Positions 57,230 to 64,000 of a stretch of DNA of 64,000 nt are shown in pieces. Numbering within the stretch: the first letter of the stretch is position 1; every line of letters begins with the position of its first letter. This stretch comes from the human T2T-CHM13v2.0 reference genome, Homo sapiens: the NCBI RefSeq assembly GCF_009914755.1, contig NC_060933.1. The stretch is one strand, 5' to 3'. Made by a program: the position numbers and the translations under genes. The notes under the pieces were generated by a model. The model was not told where the DNA came from, searched no databases, and saw nothing but the letters and a program-made list of their open reading frames with translations.

Positions 57230-59965
57230 ATTCCCCTGCACTCAGGTTGATTCCATTCGATTCCATTCCATTCCATTCCATTCCGTTCCTTTCCATTCCA
57301 TTCCATTCTATTCGCGTTAATTGCATTCCATTCCATTCCATTACATTCCATTGCAATCGAGTTGATTCCATTCCATTCCGTTCCATTCCATTCCATTCCA
57401 TTCCATGCCATTCCACTCGGGTTGATTCCATTGCTTTCCATTCCATTTGGATTGAATCCATTCCATTCCATTCCATTCCATTCCATTCCATTCCATTCCA
57501 TTCCATTGCACTAGGTTTGATTCCATTCCACTGCATTCCATTCCATTCCATTCCATTCCGTTCCATTCCATTCCATTACATTCGGATTGATTGTATTCAA
57601 TTCCCTTACACTCCATTTCATTCCATTCCATTCGGGTTGTTTCCATTCCATTCCATTCCATTCCACTCCATTCCATTGCACTCGGGATGATTCCATTCCA
57701 TTCCATTCCATTCCATTCTATTCCATTTGGTTCCATTCCATTCTATTCGGTACCATTCCATTCCATTCCATTCCATTCCATTCCATGCCATTCCACTTGG
57801 GTTGATTCCCTTCCTTTCCATTCCATTCGGGTTGAATCCATTCCATTCCATTCCATTCCATTCCATTCCATTCCATTCCATTCCATTCCTTTCCATTCCA
57901 TTGCACACGGGTTGATTCAATTCCATTCCTTTCTGTTCCATTCCGGATGACTCCATTCCATTGCATTCCATTCCATTCCATTCCCCTGCACTCGGGTTCA
58001 TTACATTCCATTCCATTTACTTCCATTCCATTCCATTCCATTCCATTCCATTCTATTCGGGTTAATTCCATTCCATTCCATTCCATTCCATTCCATTCCA
58101 TTCCATTCCATTGCAAGCGAGTTGATTCCATTCCATTCCATTCAATTCCGGATGATTCCATTCCATTGCCTTAAATTCCATTCCATTCCCCTGCAGTCGG
58201 GTTGATTCCATTCCATTCCATTCCATTCCATTCCATTTCATTCCATTCCATTTGGTTCCATTCCATTCTATTCCGTACCATTCCATTCCATTCCATTCCA
58301 TTCCATTCTATTCGGGTTAATTCCATTCCATTCCATTCCATTCCATTCCATTCCATTCCATTCCATTCCATTGCAATCGAGTTCATTCCATTCCATTCCA
58401 TTCAATTCCGGATGATTCCATTCCATTGCCTTCAATTCCATTCCATTCCCCTGCACTCGGGTTGATTCCATTCCATTCCATTCCATTCCATTCCATTCCA
58501 TTCCATTCCATTTCATTCCATTCCATTTCGTTCCATTCCATTCTATTCCGTACCATTCCATTCCACTCCATTCCATTCCTTTCCATTCCATTCCATTCCA
58601 TGCCATTCCACTCGCGTTGATTCCATTCCCTTCCATTCCATTAGAGTTGAATCCATTCCATTCCATTCCATTCCATTCGATTCCATTCCATTGCACACGG
58701 GTTCATTCCATTCCATTCCTTTCTGTTCCATTCCGGATGACTCCATTCCATTGCATTCCATTCCATTCCATTCCCCTGCACTCGGGTTCATTACATTCCA
58801 TTCCATTTACTTCCATTCCATTCCATTCCATTCCATTCCATTCCATTCCATTCCATTCTATTCGGGTTAATTCCATTCCATTCCATTCCATTCCATTCCA
58901 TTGCAATCGAGTTGATTCCATTCCATTCCATTCAATTCCGGATGATTCCATTCCATTGCCTTCAATTCCATTCCATTCCCCTGCAGTCGGGTTGATTCCA
59001 TTCCATTCCATTCCATTCCATTTCATTCCATTCCATTTCGTTCCATTCCATTCTATTCCGTACCATTCCATTCCATTCCATTCCATTCCATTCCATTCTA
59101 TTCGGGTTAATTCCATTCCATTCCATTCCATTCCATTCCATTCCATTCCATTCCATTCCATTGCAATCGAGTTGATTCCATTCCATTCCATTCAATTCCG
59201 GATTATTCCATTCCATTGCCTTCAATTCCATTCCATTCCCCTGCACTCGGGTTGATTCCATTCCATTCCATTCCAATCCATTCCATTCCATTCCATTCCA
59301 TTTCTTTCCATTCCATTTCTTTCCATTCCATTCTATTCCTTACCATTCCATTCCACTCCATTCCATTCCATTCCATTCCATTCCATTCCATTCCATGCCA
59401 TTCCACTCGCGTTGATTCCATTCCCTTGCATTCCATTAGAGTTGAATCCATTCCATTCTATTCCATTCCATTCCATTCCATTCCATTGCACACGGGTTCA
59501 TTCCATTCCATTCCATTCCATTCCCTTCCATTCCATTTCGTTACATTCCATTCTATTCCGTACCATTCCATTCCATTCCATTCCACTCCATTCCATGCCA
59601 TTCCACTCGGGTATATTCCATTCCTTTTAATTCCATTCGGGTTGAATCCATTCCATTCCATTGCATTCCATTCCATTCCATTACATTGCACTCGGGTTGA
59701 TTCCATTCCACTCCATTCCATTACATTTCATTCCATTCCATTCCATTCCATTTCATTCAATTCCATTCCATTCCATGCCATTCCACTCGTGTTGATTCTA
59801 TTCCTTTCCATTCCATTACATTTCATTCCATTCCATTCCATTCCATTTCTTTCAATTCCATTCCATTCCATGCCATTCCACTCGTGTTGATTCCATTCCT
59901 TTCCATTCCATTCGAGTTGAACCCATTCCATTCCATTCCGTTCCATTCCATTCCATTCCATTCCA
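57230..59965 (+). repeat. Third copy of a ~2.7-kb segment (others at ~29716-32480 and ~50730-53465)
   Basis: ORF-track offsets 6494/6489 (51017->57511, 52123->58617, 52969->59458). Shared private words: ATTCGCGTTAATTGC, GCAAGCGAG, GCCTTAAATT, CATTAGAGTTG, CGGGTATATTCC. Confidence 0.88.
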
Positions 59966-62119
59966 TTCCATTCCATTCCATTCCATTCCATTTCGTTCCA
60001 TTCCATTCTATTCCGTACGATTCCATTGCATTCCATTCCATTCCATTCCTTTCCATTCCATTGAAATCGAGTTGATTCCATTCCATTCCGTTCCATTCCA
60101 TTCCATTCCATTCCATTCCGGATGATTCCATTCCACTGCATTCCATTCCATTAAATTCCCCTGCACTTGGGGTGATTCCTTTCCATTCTATTCCATTCCA
60201 TTCCATTCCATTCCATTTCATTCCATTCCATTTCATTGCAATCGAGTTGATTCCATTGCATTCCATTCCATTCCATTCCAGTCCTTTCCATTCCATTCCA
60301 CTCGGGTTGATTCCATTCTATTCCTTTCGATTCCATTCGATTCCATTCCATTCCACTCTGGTTGATACCATTCCTTTTCATTCCACTCGAAAACATTCCC
60401 TTCTATTCCACTCGGAATGATTCCATTCCATTCCATTCCATTCCATTCCATTCCGTTTCGTTCCATTACATTGTATTCCGTACCATTCCACTCCATTCCA
60501 TTCCATTCCATTCCATGCCATTCCTCTCGGGTTGATTCCATTCCTTTCCATTCCATTCGGGTTGAATCCATTCCATTCCATTCCTTTCCATTCCATTCCA
60601 TTCCATTGCACTCGGGTTGATTCCATTCCATTCCATTCCATTCCATTCCATTGCACACGGGTTCATTCCATTCCATTCCATTCCATTCCGTTCCATTCCA
60701 TTCCGTTCCATTCCATTCCATTCCATTCTATTCGGATTAATTCCATTCCATTCCATTCCATTCCATTCCATTCTTTTCCATTCCATTGCAATCGAGTTGA
60801 ATCCATTGCATTTCATTCCATTCCATTCCATTCCATTCCATTCCGGAAGATTCCATTCCATTGCATTCCATTCCATTCCATTCCCCTGCACTCGCGTTGA
60901 TTCCATTCCATTCCATTCCATTCCATTCCATTCCGTTCAGTTCAATTCCATTCCATTCCATTCCATTCCATTCCATTCCGTTCCGTTCCGTTCCATTCCA
61001 TTCCATTCCATTATATTCGGGTTAATTCCATTCCATTCCATTCGATTGCAATCGAGTTGATTCCATTCCATTCCATTCCATTCCATTCCATTCCTTTCCA
61101 TTCCATTACGGATGATTCCATTCCATTGCATTCCATTCCATTCCATTCCCCTGTACTCGGGTTGATTCCATTCCATTCCATTCCAATCCATGCCATTCCA
61201 CTCGTGTTGATTCCATTCTTTCCATTCCATTCAAGTTGAATCCATTCCATTGCATTCCATTCCATTCGATTCCATTCAATTGCACTCGGGTTGATTCCAT
61301 TACATTGCATTCCATTCCATTCCATTCCATTCCATTCCATTCCGTTCCATTCCATTCCATTACATTCGGATTGATTCTATTCAATTCCCTTACACTCCAT
61401 TACATTCCATTCCATTCGGGTAGTTTCCATTCCATTCCATTCCATTCCTCTCCATTCCATTGCTCTCGGGTTGATTCCATTCCATTGCATTCAATTCCAT
61501 TCCATTCAATTCCATTCCGTTCCATTCCATTCCATTACATTCGGATTGATTCTATTCAACTCCCTAACTCTCCATTACATTCCGTTCCATTCGGGTTGTT
61601 CCATTCCATTCCATTCCATTCCACTCCATTCCACTGCACTCGGGTTGATTCCATTCCATTCCATTCCATTCCATTCCGGAAGATTCCATTCCATTGTATT
61701 CCATTCCATTCCATTCCCCTGCACTCGCGTTGATTCCATTCCATTCCATTCTATTCCATTCCATTCCCTTCCTTTCCGTTCCATTCCATTCCATTCCATT
61801 CCATTCCGTTCCGTTCCGTTCCATTCCATTCCTTTCCATTCTATTTGGGTTAATTCCATTCCATTCCATTCGATTGCAATCGAGTTGATTCTATTCCATT
61901 CCATTCCATTCCATTCCATTCCATTCCATTCCATTCCATTCCATTCCTTTTCATTCCATTACGGATGATTCCATTCCATTGCATTCCATTCCATTCCATT
62001 CCCCTGTACTCGGGTTGACTCCATTCCATTCCATTCCAATCCATGCCACTCCACTCGTGTTGATTCCATTCTTTCCATTCCATTCAAGTTGAATCCATTC
62101 CATTGCATTCCATTCCATT

Positions 62120-64000
62120 CCATTCCCCTGCAGTCTGGTTGATTCCATTCCATTCCATTCCATTCCATTCCATTCCATTCCATTCCGTTCCGTTCCGTTC
62201 CATTCAATTCCATTCCATTCTATTCGGGTTAATTCCATTCCATTCCATTCCATTCCATTCCATTCCATTCCATTCCATTCCAATCGAGTTGATTCCATTC
62301 CATTCCATTCCATTCCATTCCACTCCATTCCAGTCCTTTCCATTCCATTCCACTCGGGTTGATTCCAATGTATTCATTTCCATTCCATTCCATTCCATTG
62401 CAATCGAGTTGATTCCATTGCTTTGCATTCCATTCCATTCCATTCCATTCCGGATGACTCCATTCCATTGCATTCCATTCCATTGCATTCCCCTGCACTC
62501 GGGTTGATTCCATTCCATTCCACTCCATTCCGTTGCATTCCATTCCATTCCATTGTATTCGGGTTAATTCCATTCCATTCCATTCCATTCCATTCCATTC
62601 CATTCCATTACAATCGAGTTGATTCCATTCCATTCCATTCCATTCCATTCCAGTCCTTTCCATTCCATTCCACTCGGGTTGATTCCATTCTATTAGTTTC
62701 CATTCCATTCCGTTCCCTTCCATTCCACTCTGGTTGATTCCATTCCTTTCCATTCCACTCGAATACATTCCCTCCTATTCCACTCGGAACGATTCCATTC
62801 CATTCCATTCCATTCCATTCCATTCCATTCCATTCCATTCCATTTCGTTCCATTACATTCTATTCCGTATCATTCCATTCCATTCCATTCCATTCCATTC
62901 CATTCCATTCCATTCCACTCGTGTTGATTCCATTCCTTTCCATTCCATTCGGTTTAAAGGCATTCCATTCCATTCCATTCCATTCCATTCCATTCCATTC
63001 CATTCCATTGTACTCGGGTTGATTCCATTCCATTGCATTCCATCCCATTCCATTGCATTCCAATCCGTTGCATTCCATTCCATTACATTCGGATTGATTC
63101 TATTCAACTCCCTTACTCTCCATTACATTCCATTCCATTCGGGTTGTTCCATTCCATTCCATTCAATTCCACTCCATTCCATTGCACTCGGGTTGATTCC
63201 ATTCCTTTCCATTCCATTCCATTCCATTCCGGATGATTCCATTCCATTGCATTCCGTTCCATTACATTCCCCTGCACTCGCGTTGATTCCATTCCATTCC
63301 ATTCCATTCCATTCCATTCCATTCCATTCCATTCCTTTACAATTCGTTCCATTCCATTCTATTCCGTACCATTCCATTCCATTCCATACCATTCCATTCT
63401 ATTCCATTCCATTCCATTCCAATTCGTTCCATTACGTTCCATTCCATTCCATTCCATTCTATTCGGGTTAATTCCATTCCATTCCATTATATTCCATTCC
63501 ATTCCATTCCAATCTATTCCATTCGATTGCAATCGAGTTGAATCCATTGCATTTCATTCCATTCCATTCCATTCCATTCCATTGCAATCGAGTTGAATCC
63601 ATTGCATTTCATTCCATTCCATTCCATTCCATTCCATTCCGGAAGATTCCATTCCATTGCATTCCATTCCATTCCATTCCCCTGCACTCGCGTTGATTCC
63701 ATTCCATTCCATTCCATTCCATTCCATTCCGTTCCGTTCCGTTCCGTTCCATTTCATTCCATTCCATTCCGTTCCGTTCCATTCCATTCCATTCCATTCT
63801 ATTCCGGTTAATTCCATTCCATTCCATTCGATTGCAATCGAGTTGATTCCATTCCATTCCATTCCATTCCATTCCATTCCATTCCATTCCATTCCATTCC
63901 AATCGAGTTGATTCCATTCCATTCCATTCCATTCCATTCCACTCCATTCCAGTCCTTTCCATTCCATTCCACTCGGGTTGATTCCATTCTATTCCTTTCC
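62120..64000 (+). repeat. Older third paralog of ~22920-24780 / ~43955-45794, running off the window end
   Basis: Same word order and shared variants: CAGTCTGGTTG, CGGATGACTCC...CATTGCATTCCCCTG, CATCCCATT, CAATCCGTTG, CAATCTATTCC and the doubled GCAATCGAGTTGAATCCATTGCATTTC module. It has more substitutions than the 16.9-kb pair. Confidence 0.8.

Larger units (their letters stand above)
1..64000 (+). repeat. Satellite 3 (HSat3/SatIII) pericentromeric array, (CATTC)n with interspersed ACTCGGGTTG-type decamers; C-rich strand is +
   Basis: Continuous CATTC pentamers over the entire window. ACTCGGGTTG (reverse complement CAACCCGAGT, the diagnostic Sat3 decamer) and its variants ACTCGTGTTG, ACTCGCGTTG and AATCGAGTTG recur throughout. 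The dense CATTCGATGATG-type units of HSat2 are lacking. No switch to (GGAAT)n on the + strand. Chromosome and subfamily cannot be fixed by eye; a 9q12-type array is plausible but unverified. Confidence 0.97.

Noticed and set aside
90-63967. Hundreds of ORFs (MEWNG... and HSIPF... repeats, up to 348 aa)
   Set aside because: A pure 5-bp repeat has no stop codons and gives the same pentapeptide in all three frames. The ORFs overlap in all six frames and end wherever a variant word supplies a stop, with no domain-like sequence.
1-64000. CRISPR-like alternation of conserved words and intervening sequence
   Set aside because: The intervening sequence is variable-length CATTC rather than unique spacers. 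There are no cas genes or leader, and the sequence is eukaryotic satellite.
1-64000. Transposon (Alu/L1/LTR), alpha-satellite or other unique insertions
   Set aside because: I saw no poly-A tract, no 171-bp monomer and no non-satellite stretch longer than a few tens of bases.
1-64000. Large strand inversion within the array
   Set aside because: The + strand remains C-rich (CATTC) throughout; only single-pentamer G-strand-like words occur.
1-64000. Assignment to HSat2 or to a specific chromosome or subfamily (9q12, 15p D15Z1, Yq DYZ1)
   Set aside because: The word content is Sat3, not Sat2. No regular 1.8-kb or 3.5-kb unit is visible, and a firm assignment needs k-mer comparison with reference arrays.
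1-64000. Canonical G-quadruplex motifs
   Set aside because: G-runs of three or more are isolated and far apart. Non-canonical (GGAAT)n hairpins are a known general property of this repeat and not specific to this window.

Overview
The whole 64-kb window is one uninterrupted primate (human-type) Satellite 3 (HSat3/SatIII) array. It is (CATTC)n on the + strand and (GGAAT)n on the - strand, punctuated by the classic ACTCGGGTTG/CAACCCGAGT decamer and a small vocabulary of other variant 'words'. I found no credible protein-coding genes, RNA genes, transposons, CRISPR arrays or strand inversions; every ORF in the track is a translation of the pentamer (HSIPF/MEWNG). The informative content is structural. 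(1) Two alternating variant domains: type 1 at ~1-25.6, 35.95-37.3, 40.0-46.6 and 60.7-64 kb; type 2 in between. (2) A recent ~16.9-kb tandem duplication whose junction carries a unique +1 T. (3) A younger ~4.06-kb tandem duplication that straddles and copies that junction, plus older partial paralogs. (4) About 23 perfect three-unit heat-shock elements (nTTCnnGAAnnTTCn) and a recurrent 14-bp palindrome, both confined to type-1 domains. I found no new gene system. The best candidate for function is a domain-restricted lattice of transcription-factor sites written into the satellite. Coordinates and counts were read by eye and should be confirmed computationally.
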